Assembly (NCBI RefSeq): GCF_036365525.1
Contig: NW_027142279.1
Coordinates: forward strand, 682,001 to 746,000
DNA length: 64,000 bases
Direction: 5' to 3'
DNA from: Heterodontus francisci
Taxonomy: Eukaryota
Of this stretch, positions 49,900 through 61,953 are shown in pieces (position 1 is the stretch's first letter; every line of letters starts with the position of its first letter). The notes below the pieces were generated by a model. That model worked only from the letters and a program-made list of their open reading frames with translations, did not search any database and was not told the DNA's origin. A program made the translations under genes and the position numbers.

Positions 49900-52730
49900 A
49901 TGCAAAAGAGACAGTCTGTGATAGGGTGGGGAGGGGAGGGACAGATAGAGAGATAGAGGGAGACAGGGAGAGATAGAGAGGCAGAGAGAGAGAGAAAGGC
50001 AGCGAAAGAGATACATAGAGAGAGGAACATAAAGACAAAGACCCACAGAGACAGAGAGAGAGACAGATAGATGGAGATCGAGTAATATAGCGTTTGAAAA
50101 ACAGAGACAGAGTGAGGCAGAGAGACATAGATGGAGTGACTGCGAGAGACTGAGAGAGGGAGAGAGAGACAGAGAGAGAGAGACTGAGAGAGAGAAAGGC
50201 AGAGAAAGTGACATATATAGAGAGAAACACAGAGACAGAGACCCACAGAGACAGAGAGAGAGACAGATAGACGGAGTTCGAGTAATATAGCGTTTGAAAA
50301 AGAGAGACAGAGTGAGGCAGAGAGACAGAGATGGAGTCAATGCGAGAGAATGAGAGAGAGAGAGAGAGAGAGAGACAGAGACAGAGAGAGAGAGACAGAG
50401 GGAGATGTAGAGAGACAGAGGGAGAGACACAGAGAGAGAGGCAGAGAGAGAGACAGACAGACAGAGAGGGAGCGATGGAGAGAGAAAGTAGACAGAGATG
50501 GAAAGTAGACAGAGATAGAGTGAGATAGTATTAGGCACAGAAAGAGAGACAGAGTGAGGTAATGAGACAGATGGAGAGACAGAGAGAAAGAGAGAGACAG
50601 AGAGAAAGAGAGGCAGACAGAGACAGTGAGAGGCTGATAGCCAGAGTGAGAAAAAAGAAGAACGTCAGAGACAGGCAAAGAAAGAGGAGGAAAAGGAGGG
50701 AAAGAGTAAAGGGCGGAAGGAAAACAGAGAACAAGACAAAGAGGCAGAGAGCAAGAGGGACAGAGCGAGAGTGAACGGAAGAGAGAGAGAGAGACAAACA
50801 GAGAGACAGAGGGAGCGAGAGACAGAGAAGAGACAGTAGACAGAGACCGAGTGAAATAGTGTTAGGCACAGAAAGAGAGACAGATGAGGTAGTGAGACAA
50901 ATGGAGAGATAGAGACAAAGAGAGAAACAGAGAGAGAGGCAGACAGAGACAGTGAGAGAGTGAGAGGCAGAGAGAAGTTAGAATGTCAGAGAAAGGCAAA
51001 GATAGAGAGAGAGAAAGGAGAGAAAGAGTAAAGGAAGGAAGGGAAAGCGAGAACAAGACAAAGAGACAGAGAGAGACAGGGGCGAAGAGAGAGAAAAGAA
51101 AGAGAGAGGGGGCAGACAGAGAGACAGAGGGAGGGAGAGACAGAGAGAGAGGTAGAGAGAGAGAGAGAGAGAGAGAGATACAGATAGACAGAGAGAGACA
51201 GTAGACAGAGATAGAGTGAGATTGTGTCAGGCACAGAAAGGGAAACAGTTGAGGTAGTGCGACAGATGGAGAGACAGAGAGAAAGAAAGAAACAGAGAGC
51301 GAGGCAGACAGAGACAGTGAAAGAGTGAGAGGCAGAGAGGAGAAGGAAGAACGTCAGAGACAGGCAGAGATAGAGAGAGAGAAAGGGAGAGAAAGAGTAA
51401 AGGGAAGGAGGAAAACAACAAGACAGAGAGTCAGAAAGAGAGATGGGGCAGAGAGAGAGAGAGTGGCNNNNNNNNNNNNNNNNNNNNNNNNNNNNNNNNN
51501 NNNNNNNNNNNNNNNNNNNNNNNNNNNNNNNNNNNNNNNNNNNNNNNNNNNNNNNNNNNNNNNNNNNNNNNNNNNNNNNNNNNNNNNNNNNNNNNNNNNN
51601 NNNNNNNNNNNNNNNNNNNNNNNNNNNNNNNNNNNNNNNNNNNNNNNNNNNNNNNNNNNNNNNNNNNNNNNNNNNNNNNNNNNNNNNNNNNNNNNNNNNN
51701 NNNNCGGAGAGAGAGAGAGGCAGGGAGAGGGGCAGACAGAGACAGTGAGAGTCAAAGAGGAAGAGAGGGGGAAAAAGAACGTCAGAGACAGGCAAAGATA
51801 GACAGAGAGAAAGGGAGAGAAAGAGTAAAGGGAGGAAGGATACAGAAAACAAGACAAAGAGGCAGAGAGAGTCAGCGAGAGAGACCGAGAGAGACAGCAG
51901 ACAGAGATAGAGTGAAATAGCGTGAGGCCGAGAAAGAGAGACGGAGTGAGGTAGTGAGACAGATGGAGAGATAGAGCGAAAGAGAGAGACAGAGAGAGAG
52001 GCAGACAGAGACAGTGAGAGAGTGAGAGGCAGAGAGAAGAAAGAAGAACGTCAGAGACAGGCAAAGATAGAGAGAGAGAGAAAGGGAGAGAAAGAGTAAA
52101 GGTAAACAGAGAACNNNNNNNNNNNNNNNNNNNNNNNNNNNNNNNNNNNNNNNNNNNNNNNNNNNNNNNNNNNNNNNNNNNNNNNNNNNNNNNNNNNNNN
52201 NNNNNNNNNNNNNNNNNNNNNNNNNNNNNNNNNNNNNNNNNNNNNNCAGAGATATAGTGTGATAGTTTTAGACACAGAAAGAGAGATAGAGTGAAATAGC
52301 GAGACAGAGATGGAGAGACTGGGAGAGACAGAAAGAGACAAAGAGAGGCAGAGAACGAGAGACAGTGAGAGATGTGATGCTGAGAGAGAGAAGGAAGAAC
52401 ATCAGAGACAGGCAAAGATAGAGAGAGAGAAGCAAAANNNNNNNNNNNNNNNNNNNNNNNNNNNNNNNNNNNNNNNNNNNNNNNNNNNNNNNNNNNNNNN
52501 NNNNNNNNNNNNNNNNNNNNNNNNNNNNNNNNNNNNNNNNNNNNNNNNNNNNNNNNNNNNNNNNNNNNNNNNNNNNNNNNNNNNNNNNNNNNNNNNNNNN
52601 NNNNNNNNNNNNNNNNNNNNNNNNNNNNNNNNNNNNNAGGGTTTCAGAGGGACGGGGAGAGATAGAGAGTGAGAGAAAGACAGACAGAGACAGGAATGGA
52701 GTCACAGAGAGAGAAAGACTTGTCAAGAGA
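49900..52730. repeat. GA-rich low-complexity tract with assembly gaps (also 53430-54340 and 57370-59150)
   Basis: (GA)n-derived sequence and N runs. Confidence 0.9.
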
Positions 52731-52931
52731 CTTATACAGGGAGAAGAAGATTACAATATGGAGGAGAGAAAGTGTTTATGGAAACAGGAGACCTCCAATG
52801 GGATAATAACTCGGAAAAGGGAAGGACACGTGATTAAAAGGGAAATTTGAAGTGAGAGATAAAGGGACAGAAAATGAGAGAGAGAGAGAGAGGGGGGGAG
52901 AGGTTTTATTGAACTGCTTTGTAACATCGTG

Positions 52932-52945
52932 GGAGGTCAGTACAG
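52932..52945 (+). other. TRBD: Candidate D segment GGAGGTCAGTACAG with 5' 12-RSS and 3' 23-RSS
   Basis: 5': TTTTATTGA-12bp(actgctttgtaa)-CATCGTG (heptamer 52925-52931). 3': CACCGTG 52946-52952, 23 bp, GCAGGAACT 52976-52984. Both nonamers are degenerate. Open in all three frames; ~270 bp upstream of J. Confidence 0.7.
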
Positions 52946-53213
52946 CACCGTGTTACATTCCTGTGCTCACCCCGTGCAGGAACTCCACCGTCTGCTTGCC
53001 CTTCTCACAGTCTACCCGACTGCCTGCCCCAGTGCCCAGGATCTCCCCACCCCTGCAGCATGCGCCTGCACTGTCAGGACAGGCAGGAGCAGACTGAATC
53101 CTGAGTTGACCATCTCATGGGGCACATGCCCCCTGAAGAGATAGCAAACTGCCCAGGCAAGGCGAGAGGCTTGCTGGGGGAGGGGGGTTTCAATGGTGGG
53201 TTCACTCTCTGTG

Positions 53214-53262
53214 GTGAACGATCCATCTACCTTCGGAGGGAGGACCCGACTCGCCGTTCTGG
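53214..53262 (+). other. TRBJ: J segment VNDPSTFGGRTRLAVL with 12-RSS (FGXG motif altered to FGGR)
   Basis: GGTTTCAAT 53186-53194, 12-bp spacer, CTCTGTG 53207-53213; phase-1 donor ctgg|gtatgt. Confidence 0.85.
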
Positions 53263-53668
53263 GTATGTAATGCTCGAGTCCCGGTGCTGGAGGTTGAGTT
53301 GGGGAGCAAAAGGAGCCGGTACACACCATAATATCTCTGAGTTTACCGTGTCTGAGCAGATGGAATCTTATTATTGTGTTGGAAGAGGCCATTTGATCAT
53401 TGTGCCTCTTTGGTGCAGAGAGGGGGAAATAAACAGAAAGGGAAAGCAACAGAAACAGGGAAATAAGCAGAGAAAAATGTGAGATAGAAAAAATGGCGAG
53501 AAAAAATGGAAGAAGAGAGAGAAAGATGCAGAAAGAGAGGGAAAGAAACAGAGAGAGCGGGAAAGAAACACCGAGAGAGTGATGATAGAGATAGATGGAA
53601 AGAAACAGAGAGAAAGAGAGAGGGAAGAGAGAGAGAGAAAGAAACGGAGAGAAAAAATAAACAGAAAC

Positions 53669-53699
<31 letters not shown>

Positions 53700-54984
53700 C
53701 TGCAGGCAGTAGAGAGGCAGACAGAAAGCCAGTGAGAGAAACACAGGGAGAGAATCACAAATTGAGAGAGAAACACTCCGAGGGGGAATGAGAGACAGAG
53801 AGAGAGATAGTTTCAGAGAGAGAGAGAGAGTGATTTAGAGAGAGAGGGAGAGATTCAGAGAGAGAGGCAGAGAGAGAGAGAGAGAGTGGGAGCGATTCAG
53901 AGGGAGGGGGTGTGTTTCAGAGAGAGAGAGAGATTTAGAGACAGAGAGAGAGCAATTCAGAGAGAGAGAGGCAGAGGGAGAGAGAGTGGGGGCGATTCAG
54001 AGCGGGGTGTGTGTTTCAGAGAGAGAGAGAGAGAGATTTAGAGAGAGAGAGAGCAATTCAGAGAGAGAGGGAGAGATTCAGGGAGAGAGGGAGAGAACCC
54101 AAGAGAGAGAGGGGGAGAGATTCAGAGAGAGAGGGAGAGATTCAGGGAGAGAGGGAGAGAACCCAAGAGAGAGAGGGGTAGAGATTCAGAGAGAGAGAGT
54201 GGGAGCGATTCAGAGAGAGAGGGAGAGATTCAGGGAGAGAGGGAGAGAATCAGAGAGGGAGAGATTTACTGAGATTGAGAGAGGAAAGGAGAGAGAGATT
54301 CAGGTAGAGGGAGAGAGAGAGAGAGATTCGGGCAGAGAGAGCAGTACAATTCTGGACCATTGACCATGGTGCCAGAGTTGGCTTCTTTCTACAGCTGTCT
54401 GATTGATCCCAGTTCCTTCCCACCCTATCGCTATCGACCTGTAATTCCTTCCCTTCAGCAGTTGACCCAATTCTCTTTGTAATACTATGAGTGAATCCCT
54501 CCGCCCTTTCAGGCAATGCATTCCACATCACAACAGCTCACTGCTTTGTGTCACGGGAAACAGTTTCGCCTCATTTACTCTGTCAAAACCATGACCGATT
54601 GCAAACGTCTCTGCTAAATCTCCCCTGAACTTTCTCTTCAGGAGAACAATCCCAGCTCCTCCAGTCTCTCCACATTAACTGAAGTCTCTCATCCTTTGTG
54701 TCATCTTGTGTGAACTCACTTTATTTCTCTTTCGTTAAAGCTTTCCGCCACTAAGTTCCTCATCCTCTTTATTTCTTATCCTTTACTCTCTCTCTACATA
54801 CCCTCTTCATTTTCCCTGTTGTTTGTCTCTGCTTGCCCCCTCTCTACTTGTTACCTTGTTTCTGTTCGATCATCGACCTCTCCCTCGCTTTCCTACAAGC
54901 TCCGGTTCTAAGTCTGCTTTTCTCTCAGTCCTGGAGGTAGTGTTGCCCTGGATGATAGACTTGCAGCTCTGGACTGGGACTCGG

Positions 54985-56430
54985 GCAACCTCCTCCAGCC
55001 CCTACCACCCTCCCTATCTCTGTAACATCCTCCAGCCCCTACAGCCCTGCCTAACACTGTGACCTCCGACAGCTCATATACCCCTCCCTATTTCTGTAAC
55101 ATCCTCCAGCCACTGCACCCTCCCTATCTCTGTAACATCCATCAGCACCCCACATCCATCCCTGTCTCTGCAACATCCTCCAGCCCCTGCACCCTCCCTA
55201 TCTCTGTAACATCCTTCAACCCCTACACCACTCCCTATCTCTGTAACCTCCTTCAGCTCCTATACCCCTCCCCATCTCTGTAACATCATCCAGTCCCTAC
55301 AGCCCTCCCTATCTCTGTAACATCCTCCAGACCCGATAGCCCTCCCTATCTCAGTTACCTCCTCCAGCATCTACACCCCTCTCTATCTCTGTCACATCCT
55401 CCAGCCACTACTGCCCTCCCTATCTCTGTAACATACTCGAGACCCTATAGCCCTCCATATCTCTGTTACCTCCTTCAGCACACACAACCATCCCTATCTT
55501 TGTAAACCCTTCCAGCCCCCTACACCCCTCCCTATCTCTGTAACATCCTCCAGCCCCCCACACCGCTACCTATGTCTGTAACTTCCTCCAGCACCCGACA
55601 CCCCTTCCTATCTCTGTAACATTCTCCAGGCCCTACACCCCTCCCTAGCTCTGTAACCTCCTTCAGCCCCTACACCCCTCCTGATGTCTGTAACATTGTT
55701 CGGCACCCACAGCCCTGCCTATCTCTGTAACATCCTCCAGCACCTACAGCCCTCCCTATCTCTGTTACCTCCTCCAGACCCTACACCCCTCCCTATCTCT
55801 GTAACATCCTCCAGCACCTACAGGCCTCCCTATCTCTGTAACCTCCTTCAGCTCCTACACCGCTCCTGATGTCTGTAACATTGTTCGGCACCCACAGCCC
55901 TGCCTATCTCTGTAACATCCTCCAGCACCTACAGCCCTCCCTATCTCTGTTACCTCCTCCAGCCCCTACACCCCTCCCTATCTCTGTAACCTGCTTCAGC
56001 CCCTACATCCCTCCCTATCTCTGTTACCTCCTCCAGACCCTACACCCCTCCCTATCTCTGTAACCTCCTCCAGCCCCCTACAACCCTGCCGAACTCTATA
56101 ACCTCCTCCAGCCACTACCATCCTTTCTATCTCTGTCACCTCCTCCAGCCCCCTACACCCTCCCTATCTCTGTAACCTCCTTCAGCCTCTACAACCCTCC
56201 CTATCTCTGTAACCTCATGCAGCCCCCACACCCCTCCCTATCTCTGTAACCTCCTCCAGCACCCTACACCCCTCCCAACTCTGTGATCTCCTACAGCCGC
56301 CTACACGCCTCCCTATATCTGAAACCCCTCCAGCCCCTCCAACCCTCTTTATCTCTGTAACCTCCTCCAGCCCCAACAACCCTCCCTATCTCTGTAACGT
56401 CCTCCAGCGCCCTGCTCCCTATCTCTGTTC
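54985..56430 (+). repeat. ~37-bp C-rich minisatellite in the J-C intron
   Basis: Unit ccctccctatctctgtaacctcctccagcccctacac, about 38 diverged copies. Confidence 0.92.
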
Positions 56431-56670
56431 TGATATCACATCCTTTATAATAGTCTCTATCATTTTACCCACTACTGATGTAAGGCTAACTGGTCTGTAA
56501 TTCTCTGTTTTTTCCCTCCCTCCTTTCTTTTATAGAGTCTACAACAAACTGTTGATGTTGTGGTGAAGGAGAATGAACGCTGGGGTAAGCACACTCCCCC
56601 CCCCACCCCCACTCGCCACCCCCCCTTCCATCCCCATCGTTCCTAACACTCATGTTTCGCTCTCCCAGAG

Positions 56671-57007
56671 AGGCAGACCAAGAGGTTAAGCATCCCACCA
56701 TGACCGTTTTTGAGCCATCGGACGAAGAAATCAGGGCCCTAAGAAAGCCACCTTTGTCTGCCTGGCCAGTGGCTTCTTCCCGGACTACGTGAAGTTCTCC
56801 TGGACAGGGGGGCAACGAGGAGATCGAGACGAAGGATGTGCTGACTGACAGGCGGGTAAAGGATGATGCTGGCCGCTACAGCGTGGACCAGTAGGTTGTA
56901 GGTTCCCATGGCCGAATGGGCCCGCAAGCAGTATTCCTGCAAAGTGACCCATTACAGTAAAGACGGCGCAGAGATTTCTCAAGATGCCAAGATCAGCAGC
57001 AAGACAG
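56671..57007 (+). pseudogene. TRBC: TCR beta-like constant exon 1 (Ig C1 domain), disrupted
   Basis: Reconstructed EADQEVKHPTMTVFEPSDEEIRA/KKATFVCLASGFFPDYVKFSWTG/GNEEIETKDVLTDRRVKDDAGRYSV/TSRL*VPMAEWARKQYSCKVTHYSKDGAEISQDAKISSKT. Frameshifts at ~56740, ~56810, ~56886; TAG at 56899; extra AG at the acceptor; donor g|gtgagt. Confidence 0.92.
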
Positions 57008-57396
57008 GTGAGTGTCTGCAATGCCTGGAATCACCTCTGCTTCTCCCGAGCCCAAAGCAAGGAAGCTATACTGAACCTTTATCAATACAATGTTACAGCC
57101 GAGAGGGAGGATGTGAAGGTGTTAGAGAGGGTGCACAAAATATTCACGACAAAGGTTCCAGGGATGAAGGAATTCAGTTAGGTGGATAGCTTGGGAAAGT
57201 CTACATCATAGGTGAGACTTAAGAACACTGGAAGAGGCCGAGGCGATTCAGCCGTTGAAGCTTGTTCCACTATTCTGTTGCATAAAGATTCATCGCGACA
57301 ATTACTCTATTTGACGCCTCGGCTCAGTAACCATCAATAACCTGATGTTCACCCAAATGGTTCACCACTCAGAGACAGAGAGTGAGGGAAAAAGAT

Positions 57397-57427
<31 letters not shown>

Positions 57428-58300
57428 CCGAGACCGAGAAAGAGAGAGAGAGAGAGAGAGAAGGAGAGAGAGAGAGAAATAGAGAAAGAGACACACAGAA
57501 AGAGAAAGGGAGAGAGACAGACAGGGAGATAGAGACAGAGAGTGACACAGAGACAGACAGACAGTGNNNNNNNNNNNNNNNNNNNNNNNNNNNNNNNNNN
57601 NNNNNNNNNNNNNNNNNNNNNNNNNNNNNNNNNNNNNNNNNNNNNNNNNNNNNNNNNNNNNNNNNNNNNNNNNNNNNNNNNNNNNNNNNNNNNNNNNNNA
57701 AAGAGAACGNNNNNNNNNNNNNNNNNNNNNNNNNNNNNNNNNNNNNNNNNNNNNNNNNNNNNNNNNNNNNNNNNNNNNNNNNNNNNNNNNNNNNNNNNNN
57801 NNNNNNNNNNNNNNNNNNNNNNNNNNNNNNNNNNNNNNNNNNNNNNNNNNNNNNNNNNNNNNNNNNNNNNNNNNNNNNNNNNNNNNNNNNNNNNNNNNNN
57901 NNNNNNNNNNNNNNNNNNNNNNNNNNNNNNNNNNNNNNNNNNNNNNNNNNNNNNNNNNNNNNNNNNNNCAGAGAGAGCGACGGAGATAGAGCGTGACACA
58001 CAGAGAGACATGGAAACAAAAACAGAGAGAAAAGGAGAACGAGAGAGAAAGAGTCAGACAGACAGAGAAAGACAGACAGAGACAGTGAGAGATACACAGA
58101 CAGAGAGAAAGAGAGAAAGACAGAGACAGAGGGAGGCAGAGAGACACAAAGAGAGAGAGAGAGGGAAACTGGGAGAAGACAGAGATTGAGAAAGACAGAC
58201 AGAGAGTGACAGGGACTGAGAAACAGAAACAGAGAGAAAGAGAGGCAGAGACAGGGAGAGACAGAGACAGAAAGACAGAGAGACAAAGAGAAAGAGAAAC

Positions 58301-58339
<39 letters not shown>

Positions 58340-58726
58340 GAGAGGCACACACACACAGACAAGGACAGACAGAGAAAGAGAGACAGAGAGAGAGAGACAG
58401 AGAGACAAGGAGAGAAGGAGAGCCAGAGCCAGAGAGAGAGACAGAGACAGGAAGAGAAAGAGAGGCAGAGAGACAACGGGAAAGACAGAGACAGTGAGTG
58501 AGAGAGAGAGGCAGAGAAAGACAGAAACAGAGAGACAGAGACAAAGACAGAGAGAAATGGAGCGAAAGAGAGAGACAGAGACAGAGAGAGAGACACGTAC
58601 AGAGAGAGACACATGGTCAAAGAGAGAGAGACTGAGAGAGAGACACAGAAAGAGAGAGAGAGAGAGAGAGGAAAGGAAAGAGAGAGACATAGAGAGAGAA
58701 AGGCAGGGAGACAGTGGGAAAGACAG

Positions 58727-58767
<41 letters not shown>

Positions 58768-59414
58768 TACACAGAGAGACAGAGAAACAGAGACAGAGAG
58801 AAAAGGACNNNNNNNNNNNNNNNNNNNNNNNNNNNNNNNNNNNNNNNNNNNNNNNNNNNNNNNNNNNNNNNNNNNNNNNNNNNNNNNNNNNNNNNNNNNN
58901 NNNNNNNNNNNNNNNNNNNNNNNNNNNNNNNNNNNNNNNNNNNNNNNNNNNNNNNNNNNNNNNNNNNNNNNNNNNNNNNNNNNNNNNNNNNNNNNNNNNN
59001 NNNNNNNNNNNNNNNNNNNNNGAGAGTGACGGAGATAGAGTGTGACACGCAGAGAGACATGGAAACAAATACAGAGAGAAAAGGAGAACGAGAGAGAGAG
59101 AGACAGACAGACAGAGAAAGACAGACAGAGAAAGACAGACAGAGAAAGNNNNNNNNNNNNNNNNNNNNNNNNNNNNNNNNNNNNNNNNNNNNNNNNNNNN
59201 NNNNNNNNNNNNNNNNNNNNNNNNNNNNNNNNNNNNNNNNNNNNNNNNNNNNNNNNNNNNNNNNNNNNNNNNNNNNNNNNNNNNNNNNNNNNNNNNNNNN
59301 NNNNCCAATCTCTGTGCAGAGAATTTTCCCCCGATTTATGTTCTTGCTGTGATATGAAAACTGTGATTTATGCACAAATAATTGAAGTTTTTTCCTCTTT
59401 TTGATTTCTTGCAG

Positions 59415-59432
59415 GCCTCTGTGAAGGGAATG
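59415..59432 (+). pseudogene. TRBC: C exon 2 (18-bp connecting peptide, GLCEGN, interchain Cys)
   Basis: ttcttgcag|gcctctgtgaagggaatg|gtgaga; size and phase (1/1) as in TRBC exon 2. Confidence 0.8.
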
Positions 59433-59595
59433 GTGAGAACGTTCAATATTTTATCAGTTTGCTATGATCTGTCTTTGTCTCTCTCTCTCTCACACTCTCG
59501 CTCTCTCATGCACATACACACACTTACGGAATGTACATAATGATTAAGTTGGATTTTAGGGCCAGTGACTATGGTCTTTCTTGTTTGTCTTTCAG

Positions 59596-59705
59596 TGGAG
59601 CGGATACAGAGGCAACAGATTGTGGCAAGAGCTACTTACACTTTACTCATCTCCAAGAGCTTCCTGTATATGGCAAAGATCACCATCGTGCTGCTCAAGC
59701 GGAAG
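59596..59705 (+). pseudogene. TRBC: C exon 3 (transmembrane) VERIQRQQIVARATYTLLISKSFLYMAKITIVLLKRK
   Basis: tttcag|...aag|gtatga. YxxLxxKxxLY antigen-receptor TM motif with the CD3-pairing Lys; phase 1 to 0. Confidence 0.88.
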
Positions 59706-59799
59706 GTATGAGAATTACTAGGACATTTTGCTGACGTGTAAAACGGACCCCCTTCTCTATTCTGTAAACTTCAATCCTCTCCAGGTTTTCAGGCATCAG

Positions 59800-60078
59800 T
59801 GATGCACATTCCCCGCACTGCCTGTGCGGAGTTTGCAAGTTCTCCCTGTGTCTGCGTGGGTTTTCGCCGGGTGCTCCGGTTTCCTCCCACATCCAAAGAC
59901 TTGCAGGTGATAGGTAAAATGGCCGTTGTAAATTGCTCCTCATGTAGGGAGGTGATCGGGAATATGGGATTACTGGAGGGTTATTATAAGTGGGTGGTTG
60001 TTGGTCGGCACAGACTCGGTGGGCCGAAGGGACTGTTTTGGTGCTGTATCTCTAAATAAATAAAAAAATAAATAAATA
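59800..60078 (+). mobile_element. V-SINE (HE1-like) copy
   Basis: V-domain core ttctccctgtgtctgcgtgggtttt..ccggtttcctcccacatccaaagac, CR1-like 3' end and (AAAT)n tail. Confidence 0.8.
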
Positions 60079-60679
60079 GGGTGAATCACTGAACCCAGTC
60101 CATGTCATTGTGCATGTGATTCGACAGTGAAACCAGACTGTCTATTAGCACCACTGTGTCGACTGAAATCCATCTAGATCCTGCACCAAGGGGTCCTGAA
60201 TCTCCCCCACCCTCTCACATGAGGACAGAGTGAGCGATAGAGAAGGAGAAAGAGAGAGACGTAACTAGAGAGTAATAGAGAGAATGTGAAGGTGGGGGGG
60301 GGGAGGGACAGAGAGCGAGAAAGAAAAAAACAGAGAGAGAGAGACAGAAAGAGAGACAAAGAGATAGAGTGACAGAACCAGTGAGGGAAATGCTGAGAGA
60401 GTTGGAGAGAGTGAGAGAAAGGGATAGCTAGAGATAAATTGTGTTTGTGTGTGAGAGAGTGAGAGATAGAGAGAGAGAGAAATAGATAAATATAGAGAGT
60501 GACAGATATAGAGAGAGAGAGTCAGGGGAGATAAAATGAGAGAGAAGGGCATATCGACAGAAACAAAGTGAAATTGACATCCGAGGGATAAACAGAGAGT
60601 GAGAGAGTGTGTCTGTATTACATATATAAAGAGAGAAAGAGTTTGGGGTAATGAAAGAGAGACAGAGTGAGAAAGGAAG

Positions 60680-61350
60680 TGTCACTGAAAGTGGCAACGC
60701 AGGTGGAAAAGATAGTCAAGAAGGCACACGACATGCTTGCCTTCATCGGTCGGGGCATAGAGCATAAAAATTGGCAAGTCATGCTGCTGCTGTACAGAAC
60801 CTTAGTTAGGCCACACTTAGATTATTGCTTGCAATTCTGGTCGCCACACTACCAGAAGGACGGGCAGGCTTTGGAGAGGGTACAGAGGAGGTTTACCAGG
60901 ATGTTGCCTGATCTGGAGGGCATTAGCTATGAGGAGAGGTTGGATAAACTCGGATTGTTTTCACTGGAACGACGGAGGTGGAGGGGCGACATGATAGAGG
61001 TTTACAAAGTTATAAGTGGCATGGACAGAGTGGATCGTCAGAAGCTTTTTCCCAGGGTGGAAGAGTCAGTTACTGGGGGACATAGGTTTAAGGTGAGAAG
61101 GCCAAAGTTTAGAGGGGATGTGCGAGGCAAGCTCTTTACGCAGAGGGTGGTGAGTGCCTGGAACTTGATGCCAGGGGAGGTCGTGGAAGCAGGTACGATA
61201 GCGACGTTTAAGAGGCATCTTGACAAATATATGAATAGGAAGGGAATAGAGGGATACGGTCCCCGGAAGTGCAGAACGTTTTCATTTAGGCAGGCATCAA
61301 GATCGACGCAAGCTTAGAGGGCCGAATGGCCTGTTCCTGTGCTGTACTGT
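60680..61350 (+). mobile_element. CR1 LINE 3' fragment in C intron 3
   Basis: ORF 60667-61317: LYRTLVRPHLDYCLQFWSPH..LERVQRRFTRM. Confidence 0.9.
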
Positions 61351-61953
61351 TCTTTGTTCCTTGTTCTTTGAAGATTGAGGCAGATAGAGAGAGGAAGAGA
61401 GAGAGAGAGAGAGGAGTGTTTAAGGGAGAGATAGACAGACACAGAGACACAGAGAGAGGGAGACAGGAAGAGTCAGAGGGAGAACCTAAGAGAGAGAAAT
61501 AGACAGAGAGAACATACGGGAGAGACAGTGAGAGTGGGAGGGACAGAAGGCGAGAGAGAGAGAGGAGAGTGCAAGGGAGAGACAGAGTGAGACAGAGACA
61601 CAGACAGAGAGAGAAACACATAGACAAAAAGAGAGAAAAAGAGAGACAGAGAGAGAAAGAGAGAGAGAGAGAAGCATGTATGGGAGAGAGAGAGAGCCCT
61701 ACTCCCCTACCCTTTCCTCATCACCTTGCAAAATTTACCCTTTCAAGTCTTAATCCAATTGTCCGCTTTTTCAGGCACTGCTTTCCAGATGACAACAACG
61801 CTCTGAGTTTTAAAAAGAACTCACCCTTCCCTCTGGTTCTTGTTAAATGCCATGAAATGTGTTTCCACTGACTCGAGATCCTTCCCAGGGCATTGTAGAA
61901 GAAATATTCCATGACTGACTCAATCTTTTTCCTTCCTTTTTATCGCCTTCCAG

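Noticed and set aside
53340-53415. Possible second J (YYCVGRGHLIIV)
   Set aside because: No FGXG, no correctly spaced nonamer, no convincing donor.
56802-56813. GGACAGGGGGGC resembles the canonical D-beta core
   Set aside because: It lies inside C exon 1 (W-T-G-G codons) with no flanking RSS; coincidence.
49825-59404. Long SL-rich and ER-rich ORFs and ORFs through X runs
   Set aside because: Artefacts of (GA)n microsatellites and N gaps.
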